Assembly (NCBI GenBank): GCA_964106915.2
Contig: OZ066914.1
Length of the DNA: 64,000 nt
From: Podarcis gaigeae
Taxonomy: Eukaryota
Direction: 5' to 3' (one strand)
The notes beneath the pieces were generated by a model that saw nothing but the letters and a program-made list of their open reading frames with translations, ran no database searches and was not told the DNA's origin. This document shows positions 1 through 14,423 of this stretch, piece after piece (within the stretch, counting starts at the first letter, position 1; every line of letters begins with the position of its first letter). A program made the position numbers and the translations under genes.

Positions 1-948
1 GCAGGTCCTGCACACAATAGCCCTTGTCTTCTTGCACCTGCTTCTGAGACACATGATGCAGTCATAGTGATTCTAATAAACTGATCATTATGCTATGTAC
101 TGATTCTTTTGTGGGCTGCATTGTGTGTAAGCATGGATTAATGCGACTGCCTGAATTTTTAGATCTTGCTTGGGGCACATCTTGGAGGGCACTGTCATGA
201 TGAATCCTTGCACTTCAAATGCAAGACCAAAATGCACTATCAAATGCCTCCTAGCCATGGTCAGGCTATGCCTCTGGGTACAAGAGGGGTGCTGCCTTTG
301 CACCTTGCTTGCAGGCCTTCTGGAAGCTTCTGGCTGGTTAACTGTTGGAAACAGGGTTCGTGGTGGACTTTTAGACTTGATAGCCTAACAGGGTTCTTGG
401 GTTCTAGTACTTGCTTCAGAGAATATGGCAAAAATTGCTTTCTCTGTCTCTGGAACTGTTTGGAATTGTGGCTTCTGTTGCCTATCTTTTCTTTTCCTCT
501 ACCCATGCCCTTCTTCACCTCCCTTCTCAATTTCCCCCCACCCATCTTGCTAGGTAAATGTTAAATGCTCAGGAAGTTATGATACTATGCAGATCCTGCT
601 GCAACCTTGCAGTGTTCCCGGCAAACTGTGCCCTGTAACGTGATCATGCATACAGGAAGGGTGGTTTTAATTACTGAAGTCAAGTGTGCGCAGATTCATT
701 GTCTAAGAAATATGAAAACTGAGATCCTAGCAGCTAAGCTTGGGGGGAGGGAGACAGAAGAGAACAAGAAATCTGATTCTCCACGTGCACTCAAGGTGAG
801 CGCCCATGACATTTTGCAGCCCGAAGTGACAATACTGCATGATCAAAGAACTGTACCCAGGGATCCCTTACAAGGTCTTAAAAGTTCTTGGGCTACATAT
901 TTCCATTCACCTTAAAAAAAAAATCTGATGACCTTTCCAGTCTCAGTA

Positions 949-1182
949 CAGTTGTACCTTGGAAATTGAACGGAATCCGTTCCGGAAGTCCATTTGACTT
1001 CCAAAACATTCGGAAACCAAAGCACAGCTTCTGATCTGCAGCCAATCGGAAGCCATGGAAGCTGCATTAGACTTTCAGTTTTCAAAAAAAGTTCGAAAAC
1101 TGGAATATTCACTTTCGGGTTTTGATTGTTTGGGAGCCGATTTGTTTGACAACTAAGGTATTGGACAACCAAGGTATGACTG
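949..1182. mobile_element. Tigger/pogo-like MITE
   Basis: Termini CAGTTGTACCTTGG and CCAAGGTATGACTG, TA on both sides. Same family as 49362-49602. Confidence 0.85.
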
Positions 1183-1254
1183 TATATATTTCAGGACTTC
1201 ACTGTTGTTTCTCTTTAATGCACCATCTCCCTCTGTCTACTGGTACTGAGGTGT

Positions 1255-1379
1255 AGCCTGAGAAGAGTGGCAATATGGGTCAATGTTAACCAGAAAGTTG
1301 GTAGTTTGGGCTCACTCAGGGCAGGATTCCTAGATGACCCTTGGGGTCCCTTCCAACTCTACAATTCTATGATTCTATG
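1255..1379 (+). mobile_element. Degenerate SINE or CR1 3' end
   Basis: Ends in the CR1-type tail ctagatgaccc...ggtcccttccaactctacaATTCTATGATTCTATG. Confidence 0.65.
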
Positions 1380-2825
1380 GTCTGTCTATCTAATTCTTTC
1401 CTAGCCTCCCTTGGTGACCACCATCATCTTGTCAGCTGGATCTTTGGAGCTATTTTCTCGGTTTTAAATGCTATATCCTCAGTTCAAACAGATAAGAGGT
1501 ATCATTTGTTGGGCCAATAGTGCAGTCTTTACCAACTTGATACAACAGGGGCTGAGGAAGTTGTAGCCAAAAAGACTTGGACACATATTGAGTACATCTA
1601 TTTCCTATCTTAAGTGTCCCAGTTCTTTTGTTTTTGTTTTAATGTGGGTATTGCTGTTGTAATGTTTCCTATTTTTGTATTGCTGTTTTCAAATTTTATT
1701 GTTTTAATTATCTGCACGCCACTTTTGAGAGTCCTTGGATGGAACAGCAGGATCAAAATAAATAACATGATGGGCAATTAGGAAAATCTGTGCATGTTTT
1801 ACTAGCTCTGTGGCTAATCAGCTCCCTTCAGCACCCTTCATATTAAGGAAAGAAAACCGGATTTGACTCCTTGCTGAAAATTTCAAATACGTGGAACTAC
1901 AATGTAAGTCATTATACTCCTAATGGATCTTAACCCCCAAATGGAACCAAAGTAATGAATGTAGCTTCCTCTCTTATCCTCTGTAAATTTCCTCATGACA
2001 TACATTTACTATCTTGAATCTATGCCAAGTGAACATAGTGAGCATTAATTGCCTAGGCATGCTAGGAAATCACACGTGCTGAAGCTTGCAGCAACCAGAA
2101 ACCTAAAAGTGGAGGGAGAAGGGGGAATAGATGAAAGTTCAGCCCAATAATGTGCCAATTGGAGACCATCAGCACCACAAAAAAAGAGAAGCAGTGATCC
2201 ACCACAGCACATATCCATCCACGTAGATAATTTATCAAAGACATTCTGTTTTCAAGAGCTAGGGGCAGAATAGAAGCAAGTTAACATGCCAGAAGACACC
2301 CTCAGTGCTTGCTAGCTAAAACTCTCTCAGGCAAGTCTTAGCACAGAATCTCAGACTTTTTTAAAAAACAAACAAACCACTTATATTTTCAGAAGCAAAG
2401 TCTGAAAGATCCTGCAGGGCCTATTCCTTCCCCAGCCACCTGCAAGCCCCTATCCCCATGAAAAGAAACTCTTCACTGAAAATTTGATCCAGGCTCTTTT
2501 TGCAAACATTTCCATTGATAATAGGCCCTCTTCTCTTCTTAGGAGTTGAGTACAAATGGCTTTGCATTCAGTTGGAGTTGATAATACTGCAACTTAACAT
2601 CCCTTACCTCTTTTCCATTTGGTTAATGTCTTGCAATGCTGCATTTTTTCCTCAGGAAATTTGTACAATTTTATGTGAGTGCTGGGGCACCCACAAGAGT
2701 GTTTGTTGGTCTGGGAATGTGTGCTGCAAAGGCACCAAGTATGACTGCAAGTACGGCAAAGTGGTCACAGCCCACGTCACTGCTACAATATTTTGTGATG
2801 GCCACCGACTTGGGGCAGCTTTGAA

Positions 2826-3055
2826 AGTGATAGACAGATTTCTTCATGATAAGGCTACCAATGGCTGCTAGTCCTTATGGTCGTGTACTATCTCCAGCAT
2901 GCTTCCGAACACCAGTTATTGGAGAAACACCAGTGGGGAGAGTGGCTTCTGTGCTCCTGTCCCACTTGTGGGTTTCCCTGGGATATCTGGCTGACCGCTC
3001 TGTGAAGAGGATGCTAGACTAGATGTGCCTTTGGTCTGCAGGTCTTATATTCTAT
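2826..3055 (+). mobile_element. Old CR1-type 3' fragment
   Basis: Diverged copy of the dispersed ...ggatgctggactagatgggcc... repeat also seen at 7789, 10771, 12000, 16280, 30419 and 37190. Confidence 0.55.
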
Positions 3056-5468
3056 AGGAGCTGACATACTTGGGAAATAAAGAATGCATGTAAACAGTAC
3101 ATTGGTAAACTGCCAACAGTTCCACCCTTTCTCTGTTGCTGTCCCACATACTTGATACTGCCTCCTTGAATACCTGCATGATGCAACCTCTCTTACTTCT
3201 TTTAGTTCCTCCTCCATACCCCCCTTTTCTGTGAAGCTTTTGGTACAACCTCCTAGTTTTCATGAACTTCTGTGACCCAGCCTGTAACTAAGGCTAAGCA
3301 CACACCACTGAAATAGCTGCATATGACCCCCTTGCTTGCCCCTTCCTCCCCTTCCCTCTGTTGTTTCCCATATGTCAAATTTTGAACTGTTAGCTCTGTG
3401 AGGCAGGGACCCTATCCTGTGGTATGTTGAAAAGTGCCTTGTACTCTGATGGCGACAAGAAGGAGAGGAGTAAGAAGAAGACATTATCACCATCACAGTT
3501 CTAGTAATAATATCCCCTATTCTGCCCCTCTCCTGAAAGTTCTTGGGTTCCAAGTCCCATCTGCCCGGCTGGTGGTCAGGGATGGTGGGAGCAACATAAA
3601 GAGGAGGCCTTTCCTCTTTTCTGTAAATGTAGGACTGAGGGTTGGGGCCAGCCTCTGCCTACCTTTCCAGAGAGGAAATTGCCAGAAATTAGTTTCCTGT
3701 TAGGTATGCTGAGGCTCTATATACAGGGAGATCCTGGCAGAAGTAGAAGAGTCAAAAGTTTCAGCTGTACCAACAGCCTAGCTCATATCAAGAGTATGAG
3801 AAGCCACCACAACTTTTTAATGGCCTCCTGTCCTCCTTCAGATTGCCTTGTTTAATGAGGGAACTGCAGAATTACCTCAGATCCCTCTCAGCTTGTTTTG
3901 TGGGTTGAGGTTAAAGGGCAGGGAGAAAAGCAATTTGGGCAGGTTAGTTTTCAGCTCTGTAATCCTTTGGCAGAAAAATAAATAGCTTTAAGAGATTTGC
4001 TTCACCACCAGCAGGCTTTCAGAACAGAGGAGCCTTCTGTGAAGCAAACTCCTGCTGGCCATTTAAGAAATTCTTTTGTTCGGGGAAGTAATTTTCCACC
4101 GGCTTGTCCTAATGCATCCTTATTAAATAGATATACTCAGACAGCACACTCTTGGGATACTTCAAGCGTGAGCCCTCACAAAAAGCTAAGGAGAAATAAA
4201 TGCCACCATTTCACAGACAGAAAAACTGGGGGCAAGGAAGGCTAGAATGGTAGTTAGAGTCATAATAAACATTTATATAACACATTACTGTTGAAAGTGC
4301 TCCAAGTTTCTTATACTCCAGCCTTTTTCTTTTTCTAAAAAAGAGCTGTCTCAGTTCTTCTTGGCTGCACCACTCTCCCCTCAAAATGCTGAGATCCAGG
4401 AGACATTTCCAATGTATGGAAGACACTGACAGGTATCTTCCTCTGGCAAAGCCATGAGGGGCAACTGAACAAGGGCTGGAGGACAGGAGGCATCCCTGTA
4501 GCCAGATATCCAGGACCCAAATAGCTAAAGTTGGGTCAAGCAGGGCAGGACCTGGGACAGCTCCCAGGGCAAACTCACAGCAATAATGGAAGCTAAATAA
4601 AAGTCTTGAGGTCAACAGAGCACCTAAATTAAGGGTGGCTAATCTGTGGCGACTGGTCCTGATTTTTTTTAAAACAAAGAGGTGGACTACCATGGTTTAT
4701 TGGCAGTTTCAGATCAGTTCTCTTTCTCTCTTTACATAAACAGGAACTCACTCTAGTATTTAAACATTCTTCTCAAAAAATGTAGTTTAGAGGCAACTTA
4801 TTTTAAAAAAGTAAACAAACATCTACTATATAAATGAATAAAAACAGATTGTATGCCATTAAAGGGAAACAGAGATGTGTAGAGGGGTTATAATTCAATG
4901 TACAATGGCTGGAAAAACTGACCTGTATCTGAACTTTACGGGGACCTCAAGAAGAAGAATTGAGCGTAATTCAATTCTCTCCTCTCATTAGTTGTCATCT
5001 TCACGAGGCATTTCCTGGAACTAACTGAAAGGCAGAGGAGGGATGGTAGCCTCTAATCTAGCCAGGCTAGTTGAAAGGGTGTATAAACACACTGGCTGAG
5101 TATGTATAGGGTGTGCAGCTGCTCAAGCCAAATGGAAACCGCTTCAGGCAGAATGCTGCCCAAACACGACAGATGGAAACAAAATGCCTCACATGGGATA
5201 TTAAGAGGACAGAGCGAGCCTAAATTTGTTGCATGTCTTGTGGAAAACGGAACACCACGCATCTTGCATTTCTTTGACTAAAGTAGAGACCTTGACCTCA
5301 ACCCATCTGGATATTAGAGTCCCAAACTATGGGTCCTTATGAGCAGATCCCGCCCCTGCTCCATTCATTTGCCAGTCAGATGCTTGCTGGTGGCAGTTTT
5401 GATGGCGCTGATAACTGGTGGAGGTGGCATCATGAAGGTGACTCAGCACCTCTGTTCAAAAGAGGTCC

Positions 5469-5685
5469 CTGTGGAACGCCTTCGCATCAGATGTCAAGGA
5501 AATAAACAACTATTGGACTTTTAGAAGACATCTGAAGGCAGCCCTGTTTAGGGAAGTTTTTTAATGTTCAATGTTTTATCGTGTTTTTAATATTCTGTTG
5601 GGAGTTGCCCAGAGTGGTTGGGAAAGACAGCCAGTTGGCCACGGTAAATTATTATTATTATTACTACTACTACTACTACTACTAC
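5469..5685 (+). mobile_element. L2-like LINE 3' end with (TAT)n(TAC)n tail
   Basis: LWNAL-type coding remnant, T-rich 3' UTR and microsatellite tail at 5649-5685. Related to the reverse copy at 24205-24495. Confidence 0.7.
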
Positions 5686-5796
5686 CAAAATGGACTCTGC
5701 CAGCAGTCTTTAGGTGATGCGCCTGTAATGCAGCAAGGCCCAATGCATGTACTATCCTCAGTGCAGAAAGGATTTATTCTGGCAGAAAGCCAATTA

Positions 5797-6055
5797 CCGT
5801 ATTTTTTGCTCTATAAGACTCACTTTTTCCCTCCTAAAAAGTAAGGGGAAATGTGTGTGCGTCTTATGGAGCGAATGCAGGCTGCGCCGCTATCCCAGAA
5901 GCCAGAACAGCAAGAGGGATTGCTGCTTTCACTGCACAGCGATCCCTCTTGCTGTTCTGGCTTCTGAGATTCAGAATATTTTTTTTCTTGTTTTCCTCCT
6001 CCAAAAACTAGGCGTGTCTTGTGGTCTGGTGCGTCTTATAGAGTGAAAAATATGG
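5797..6055. mobile_element. Tc2-like TcMar MITE (259 bp)
   Basis: TA|CCGTATTTTTTGCTCTATAAGAC ... GTCTTATAGAGTGAAAAATATGG|TA. Nearly identical to 41742-42000. Confidence 0.9.
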
Positions 6056-6611
6056 TATTTTTAAAACATGTGCCACAGCTTAGTGGTCCCCATGACATGC
6101 ATAGGTGAAGTTCCCAGGTCCATTCCTTGCAAGCCTCATTTTTAAAGTCCTCCGGTACCAGGGCTGGGAAAGACCCTCTACCTGAGGCTTCAGAGCTGAT
6201 GCCTCTCAGAGCTGAATGGGTTAGAGTTGGGTTTTTGCTTCTGAGGATCAGCTTTGGAGAAAGTGCTCCATGAGGCAGGTGAAAGCCCTTCCTGCTAGCA
6301 ATTCCCTTTGTGAATTGTGAGTGCTCCCAGCTGTCTCTTGAATCAGCACAGGAGGCCTATCCATCATAGCCTATCTGTGCAGAGGCACCATTATATTATG
6401 TGTTTCCCTGCTTCTATCATCATTTGTTGCTGAAATGGTGCGGGGAAATGCAGCATGCGATGATGTTATGACACGGGTAAACGGGGAGAGGGAGGAGAAG
6501 GCATCACGTTGAAGTGGCAACTCCATCCCAAGTTTAATACCTCCTCCTGACTTTTGTGTGTACTCTCTGTGGATGACAAACGTGAAAGGAGCAGAAGAGA
6601 GCACAAATTCA

Positions 6612-6896
<285 letters not shown>

Positions 6897-7788
6897 TCAC
6901 CACTGCTGGGGGAACAGCGAGCGAGAGGTGATGCTGATGACTCAGGAAATGGCACAGCCATTTAGCCTGAGCATCAAATCCAGTTTGTCAGTCCTTAATC
7001 TCAAGAGAAATGGCCTATTATTAGATATTTCAGTAAACATACATTGGTAGGTGTTGTTTTCCTTGTAAAAGAGGCAGGGATTCTCTGTGGGCTAGGAAGC
7101 AAACATTAGAAAAACAGGTAGGTGGCTTTGAATTAGCAAAGGAAAAGTGAATGTGGGCAGTGAATTGTGACCGGCAGTTTCAAAGCAGATCAAAACAAAG
7201 GGAGGACTTTTAAAAAACAAAAAACTGAACATAATAGGTTACTGAGTACAAAGATACACATTATTCCTAATCTTTCTCACTCTTGTGATTTCTCTTTTGA
7301 TGTTGTGAGTTATGACTAGAGAGAATTAAAAGGACGACAACACACATGCACTAGCAATGCTGCTTCCTTATGTTATAAGGCAAAGGAGGTTTCTAAAAGG
7401 ATGAGGATAATACTGTATCCTGTATCCAAGTTGCCGGGTCAGTATATTGCCGGGGCCATATTGCAAATGAGGTGCGGACTGAATTGCCTAAGAGTTCATG
7501 GGAGAGACAAAATTTCTCCTGGGCACTCCCAGCTCAGCCTCTGAGTCACTAAGAGCTACTCAACAACTGCTGAAGAAGCAAACCCACTGCGTACACAAAG
7601 TGGCAATTGCCTAGCAGGAGGTTGTTTTCAGGCTTTGTGGGCAGGAGTCATTGGTGGGGCTGCGGTTCAGTGCTAGAGCACGCTGCACTGCATTGCAAAT
7701 GCACATCTAAAGGTCCTGCCTTCGTTTGGCCCCTGAGCTGATCCAAGCAGCAGAAGACTGTGCAGAGCAGGGGTGACACAGTCCAAAT

Positions 7789-7930
7789 GAAGAACATCAG
7801 TGCCTGCAGGATCAGGCCAATGGCCCATCTAGTCCAGCATCCTGTTCCTGTAGTGGCCAACCAGCTGCTCCCAGGAAGGCCATGCACACAGGACCCGAGG
7901 GCAAGAGCACCCTTGCCGCCTGGGATTCCC
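7789..7930 (-). mobile_element. CR1-type 3' fragment
   Basis: aagaacat...ggatcaggccaatggcccatctagtccagcatcctgtt dispersed repeat. Confidence 0.65.
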
Positions 7931-10770
7931 GACAAGGATTGCCAAGGAATTGTTTTGGAAGCTTCCCATGCAGCTTTAACCCTCTCTTCTCTTGCTCGTC
8001 TTGTGTCCTTTGCTTCCAGTTCAGTGCAGCCAATCATGAAGCCAGCAGGGCAGGAAGCAGCTGTCTGGACTAGTTACATCTCAGAGAAATGAGCTTTACA
8101 GACTGTATCCCTGTGGTGGTTGTGGCGAGATGTAAACCTGTAAAATGGTGGCTGTCATCAGAGAAGGGCACACACAGCAGATTTCCATAGCAAACTATGC
8201 TGCGGTGCAGCCTCAAAAATGATGTGCAAAATGCTTCTTTTATTCACTACTATTCTCTCCTGCTTGTCAAATGCTGATTTCCTGTCCCCACTTCTAACAG
8301 AGCTTGAAATGATCTGCCTAGGCTTCCTCTCCCCCTCCCTCTCTCAACACTTTTGCGTTTAAAGTGTGAATTTCATGCTAGAGCCCTTGACAGCTTGGCG
8401 ACTGCTGTTCTATATTTATGTGTTGAACAACAGGTACAGCCTTGGCAGCAGCTGCCCTTGAGGTATCCAAGAGGCCCGTCCAACAGCACTGGAGAGCAAT
8501 CCCTCAGCATGGGATAGTTTCAGAAGGGACCGAAGAAAGCAAACTTATACAAAGTGTGAAAGGTGAAGAAAGGCAGTACTCCAGGCATCAACACGTTCAG
8601 CGTTAATTATCTAACAGGGAGCTTGCTTTGCACCAAGTGAAGACATCAGTCCATTGAGCTCAGGGCTGTCAACATTTAGGATGCAGAACCTGGTGGCCTC
8701 CAGATGTGGCTGGGAGGCAACTCCCACCACCCCTGCCACTGGCCATCCTGGCTGGGGCTGAGGGGAGTTAAGAGACCCAACAACATCTGCAGGGGCCACA
8801 GGTCCCTCACCCGCAGCTCATGGACAGCAGCTGTCCAGGGTTTCAGACAACAGTTTTCTCCAGTCCTACCTGGAGATGGATGGGTTGAACCTGTGAGTGT
8901 TTGCATGCAAATGACATGCTCTGCCACTGAGCTACACCCCTTCCCTTACAGCAAAGACCTTCAGCCTTCCAGATGTTGTTAAACTACAAATCCCATCAAG
9001 CCAGTAGAGGATGATGGGAGCTGTAGCCCAACGACATCTGGCAGACCTACCCCTGCCTAGCAACTCACTGATGAGGATTTGCCAGTTCCCCTGAAGAGAG
9101 ACTGGGCTTCAGTGTTAGAAAGGAGACAGGCCAAGCTTATTGATCCCACATCACCATTCTGATTTTGGGTGTGAGAGGCCCAAGCAGGAAGGCAGTTGCA
9201 TTTTTGGAAATGCAACTGAGAGTCAAGAGAGCTGGGCTACATGTCTCAATGGTGTGACTTTAGCATAAGGCAGCTCCCAGTGTTCATCTGATAGCTGTAT
9301 CACACTTCAGCCATAGCTAGGGAATCTTTCCCAGCTTGAGGTGCTTTATTCTGCCATGGGGAACCTTTCAGGGGCCACATGCCAGGGGCTGGAAGGGCCA
9401 GAGGTAAAAGTGAGTGGTGCAATGGACGTGACTTTTAACCTTTACAGGGTAGGCTACATTCCAGTCACACATAAATCACACACACACAGAAACACCCTTC
9501 TCTATCCAGGCAAGCAAGAAGCAGTATCACAAGGACCCGTTCCAGCCAAGCAAAAACAGTCAAAGAGAATGTAGAGCAGATCCGGTGGAAGGTGTAGTTT
9601 GGAAGGGAGTATGGCTTAGGAAGAGTCCCAGGGGCCACACTGATAAGGCCCTGAAGGCCACATGAGGCCCCCCAAGGTCTGATGTTCCTCACCCCTGAGT
9701 TAATCCTATAGGCATCCTTTCCCACATTGACCCAGTGCTGTCAGCATTCCTTAAAAAGATCCTTTGCATAGCTGTCCATATTACTAAGGACTCCAAAGCA
9801 CGTCTCTTTAAGAGGTTTCCCATTGCTATCAGCTTGCAAACAAAGAGGGTTTTTCGACTGCCTCACAAATGACATGCTACTTACAGCCTCCTTGATCGTG
9901 TTTGGCATTAATTAGATCCGTTGGCTATACTACTGCTTGGCAGACGTACTGTGGTAAATGGGAAAATTAAAAAAACTAAGTGCCACTTTCCAACTAGCAG
10001 CTGATTCATTTAAGTTTCCTATTAGTTTATTAAAATTATGTTAGCTATGCCCTTCAGTGTTCATACAATGTGGCACTAAGTGCAGCAGAATGTGCGTGAG
10101 CCTGAAAATCTAGCCAGAATCGATTTGTGCTGCACCAGGCAAGATTCAGGGGCCCAAAGGTAGACTTAGCAATTTGGGGGCATGGGGTGGGTGGAGGCAA
10201 CAGCAACAACAGTGGGGAATGTTTTCAACTGTTTCTTTTCTGCTGAGATATGTGTGTGGCAGAACAGGCTCGGAATGGGGAAGGAGCTGGTGCATTCATG
10301 CCATTTTAAATTTGCAAACCACCCTGCGGCCTTTTGGTAAAGGGGTGGCATAGATATCCTGAAATGTCTTGAATAAATAAAACTACAGGCCAGGGAAGGG
10401 AAATTAATACTAAGGTAGCCGGGACCATAAATTCTGAATTTCCCTGCAACCCTGGGATTTCTGGGAGATAAAGGCTTTTGAGGCTATAGCTTCTGATGTG
10501 CAAAGATAGGTTGAAGCCACCAGCCTAAGATATGGTTGGGTGAAGCAGGAGAAAAACCTACTTTATCTCTGCTGTCTCCCATTGAGTTCTCATGTCTGCA
10601 GCAGCCTAGGGAAAGAGTGTGGGAGACAGTGGCCAGTGCAGGAATGAAATCCCACCATCAGCTTTTGCATGGGGAAAGGTGACCTATATTGTCACCTTGT
10701 GCCCAGTTCTGGATGTGGGAGACAGAACAGGGATTCAGCTAGTGCATCAACCCCACCACTCAACAGAAAC

Positions 10771-10968
10771 ACATAAGAAGAGCCTGCTGGATCAGGCCAA
10801 TGGCCAATAGCCAAGCGCCATGTTTTCACAGTGGCCAACCAGATGCCCGTTACAAGATGCTTGCAAGCTGGACCTGAGCATCCTTTCCACCTGCGATTCA
10901 CAGCAACTGGTATTCAGAGGCATAATGTCTCCAGCAGTGGAGGTAAAACAGAGCCATCATGGCTAGTA
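10771..10968 (-). mobile_element. CR1-type 3' fragment
   Basis: acataagaagagcctgctggatcaggccaatggc... same family as 30419-30550. Confidence 0.7.
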
Positions 10969-11999
10969 GAAGGAAAACCTAAGTTGACAAAAGCTGTTTC
11001 AGGCTCAATTTTGAGGACCCTGACTCTGCTGGTAGTAAGGGACATCAGCATCCTTGCAAGGCCTTCTTGTCTAGGATAGATGAGGGTTTCTTTGCCACTG
11101 TGACAACTATGGGACTGCCTCTGGGTGCAGCTGGACCACCGCATATTGCAGGTCAGGCCCTGGGTTGTCTACTTTATGCCATGTGCCCTACTTTGTTCCC
11201 TGAGAGGCTCCAGAATCATGAAAACTTGACTAAAGTAAGTCTTAATGAGAACCATTTGTCAATTGAAGCAAACAGGTGATTTGTGGTAAGATTCATTTAA
11301 AAGGTCGGTCAAGTCCATTCCATTCAGCCCAGGCTTATGGAAAGGCAAATGAGAAAGCAAGTTCAAGGAAAGAAAGTGTGGCATAGGAAAAGTATGGGCT
11401 TGGATGCAACTTCAAAGGCTACCCAGCTTAGAGGAAGTTTTCATCTTTCGTCTTTCATCTCATGCGCACAGTGCCTTCTCCAGGGTTTCTGCGGGTTGCA
11501 GTTTCACTGTGACTTTTAGCCTTACTTTGTTCGGGTACTGCTCACATTGTTAAAAAAGCTGAAACCATATAAATAATAGGAACTCAGTAGAGACAAGACC
11601 CAGTTCTCTGTATTAACCAGCTTATGTTGCTTTGATGAATATCCCCCCCCCGCCCCCCCACCCATCCAACCTCCTCTGCTTTCTGGCCAGTTTCTATGTT
11701 CCTTTTGATTCTGGTTGTGGATTTTTCAGTTTTTTTGTTACTGTTGATTAAGCAGGTTAAATGCCCCGGGGAGTTTCTTCATCTCTGTTCCTGTTGTGTG
11801 TGTGTTTTTAATTACCCCAATCATCTCTGCCCTCGCTTTTATCTTTCAGAATCAATATTCATCTTGTAGAGCCTGCTGAGGCTCTTCCTTTTCATTTCCT
11901 GACTTACTTTTCCTCCTTTTGCAAGGCCTGTCTGGAAGCAGACTCTTAGGTGGGTGTGGATTGGGGGATTGGGGCTCACAATGGCGAAGCTCTGCCTCC

Positions 12000-12162
12000 A
12001 CAGCAGAATACCAATGGCTGGGAACCACAGGAGGGGAGAGTGCTCTGGTGCTCAGGTCCTGCTTGCAGGTTTCCCACAGGCATCTGATTGGCCACTGTGA
12101 AAACAGGATGCGGGACTAGATGGGCCACTGGCCTCATCCAGCAGGCTCTTCTCATGTTCTCA
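12000..12162 (+). mobile_element. CR1-type 3' fragment
   Basis: Reverse-orientation copy of the same repeat, ending in ccagcaggctcttctcatgttct. Confidence 0.65.
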
Positions 12163-13073
12163 TCATGCATGCAGGTTTTTGGGCAGCCTCCATGCAATGT
12201 TGTTGGCATCAAAATACCAGCCCCTATTCCTCCCCACCAAAAAAAAATAAACTGGAGCTTCCTTATCTGGAGGAAACCAAGCAAGCTTTTTAAAAAACCT
12301 GTTGCCAATTTCCCATTTGCAATATCTCAGTGACCTATTTACAAACTAAGTTCCTGCCTGGAAGCACCAGAAGACTGGCTGAAGAACCCCTTTCTTTTCC
12401 TTCCTTATTGCTCTTTCCCAGAAAGATCCCTTGCATCGTTCTGTTCTTTCCTCGTTCTTTCTCTTGGAACCAACAGTGAGACTATTTAAAGAAAACCACT
12501 GAAGTGTAATTTGACCGCTCTGATTTCAGGATCTATGTTCGCTTGTTTTGAAATCTCCTTCCCTGCTCCTACTGGTGTACACATACACATTTCTCACACC
12601 TGACAAAGCAGGCTTTAGTCTAGTCCATTTATGCCACAATACTGTGATCATCTCCAAGGTGCCAGAATACACTGTTGTTTTTACTGCAGCAGATGATCGT
12701 ATTATCCCTAAGGGATGCTAGTCTCTTGTGAATGTCTTTGCTGACTGAATCCTATGGAGAAGCTGAGAGCTTCATTACCTGCATTACAACAATCATGACA
12801 GAAAAAGAGAGGACAAAATTCATGATGCCTCAGAGGCTCACCAAGGCTCCCTGAAGCGGACCAGTCATGGTTCTCTAGCTATTTTGTATGCTCTGTCTGA
12901 ATGAACCTCTCAGGTAAGTGGCTGACCACACTGCTGTTGTTTGCAAAAGAAATGGGCAGCCAAGTGGCAGATATAGCCACAGAAAGTCTGGTTTTGATGG
13001 TTCTCACTTCCATGTAATGCATTTAGGATTTTAGTGCCTTAAAGGTGTATGTATGGGGTGTGTGAGGTGTTAG

Positions 13074-13250
13074 GAAGAAGAAGATGAAAAAGAAGAAGAG
13101 TTTTGGTTTGATATCCTGCTTTATCACTACCTGAAGGAGTCTCAAAGCGGCTAACATTCTCCTTTCCCTTCCTCCCCCACAACAAACATTCTGTGGGGTG
13201 AGTGGGGCTGAGAGACTTCAGAGAAGTGTGACCCAAGGTCACCCAGCAGC
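13074..13250 (-). mobile_element. Squam3-type SINE, 5'-truncated
   Basis: Reverse complement of the 3' part of 37392-37640, with (GAA)n tail. Confidence 0.85.
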
Positions 13251-13856
13251 TCCTTCTGGGGTAGTTTGTCCACCCTGCACTCAGCAGTCACACCCTGGAA
13301 ATGGCTTTGACAGGCCAGCTAAACCAGGTGAGGGTAGCCGATGGGTTTCAAACTCTTGGTGAGTTAGGGACTTCCCTGTTGCATCCTCCTCATGCAGCCC
13401 TGACAAAGCAGTGTGGGGTGGTAGAGGTTGTTGCACTCTGGGACAGCACGGGATTGTGACTAGTATGGCACATTGGTGTAAAGCTTCAGGGTTAATGTGT
13501 CCATAGTATCTGTTAAAAATGACTAGTCCTAGGAACAGAATAGTTCCTAGCCTTCATGCCAAGTGGACTGAAATCCTTTAATGCCACAATGGGTAGGACT
13601 GGTTTGTTTACACATACAAAGGATGCTTATCCACAAGGCTCCAGGATGGCTGGTGTGGTGTTGCTGTGTTACTCTGACTTCCCTAGAGGATACTCACACA
13701 AAACCAACTTGAACGGTTCAATTGTTAAAGGACAGAGCAGCCTTGGATTTGAGCTACAGTTGCTACAAAAGAGAAAGAACACACCAAGAACCATTTGCCC
13801 TTGGAGACTGAATCCAAAGGGAGAATACAAGTCCCTGACCCATACTCATAGGCTTG

Positions 13857-14025
13857 GTTCAGACATAATGCTGAGCCAAACCATGGCTGAGGGTGAAGCA
13901 GCAGACCTGCAGGTGCTCAAAGGGGAAATGGCTGCCACTTTGCTCCTTCCCAATGTACCCTACCTGGAGCTAAGCTATGGTTTGGCTCAGCATTATGTCT
14001 GAACATAATGCTGAGCCAAACCATA
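13857..14025. repeat. Palindromic MITE-like element with three inverted-repeat arms
   Basis: 13857-13884 is the exact reverse complement of 13977-14004. 13976-13998 is the exact reverse complement of 14003-14025. Confidence 0.85.
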
Positions 14026-14360
14026 ATGTTACAGCCCGTGTAGCTCTAATGAAGCCATGCACTTAAGCCAATGTTTATTCTTGGCTTACCACTTGTGCTT
14101 TCTCTAGATGACAGATTGTGAGTCTTGGTTTGGACCACATGCTGAACCAAACCATAGCTTAGCTCTAGGTAAGCACAGCAGGACCAGAGCTGCCATCATC
14201 TTTCCTCTGGGCACCTCCATAGTTGCATAACATGCCAATTTATTGCACACCTCCCCGATTGCAATATGCCGTGAAGGCAGCCCATCATTCTGTATTGGTT
14301 ACTCCCCATCCCGTCCTCCGTTTGAGAGGACCATCGGAGAATATATTTCAATCCCAAAGT

Positions 14361-14423
14361 TGCTAATTTTGGTCTTCTGATTGTTGAATGCTAATTTGGT
14401 CTTCTGATTGTTGAATGCTAATT
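14361..14423 (+). repeat. Short tandem duplication (27-28-bp unit, about 2.3 copies)
   Basis: tgctaatttt?ggtcttctgattgttgaa twice plus tgctaatt, abutting a SINE. Confidence 0.85.

Noticed and set aside
1421-1445. Possible TTC9 last exon (IQLT on the minus strand)
   Set aside because: Only four codons match. They are followed by R and a stop, and there is no TNVIRY or acceptor. The true exon probably lies outside the window.
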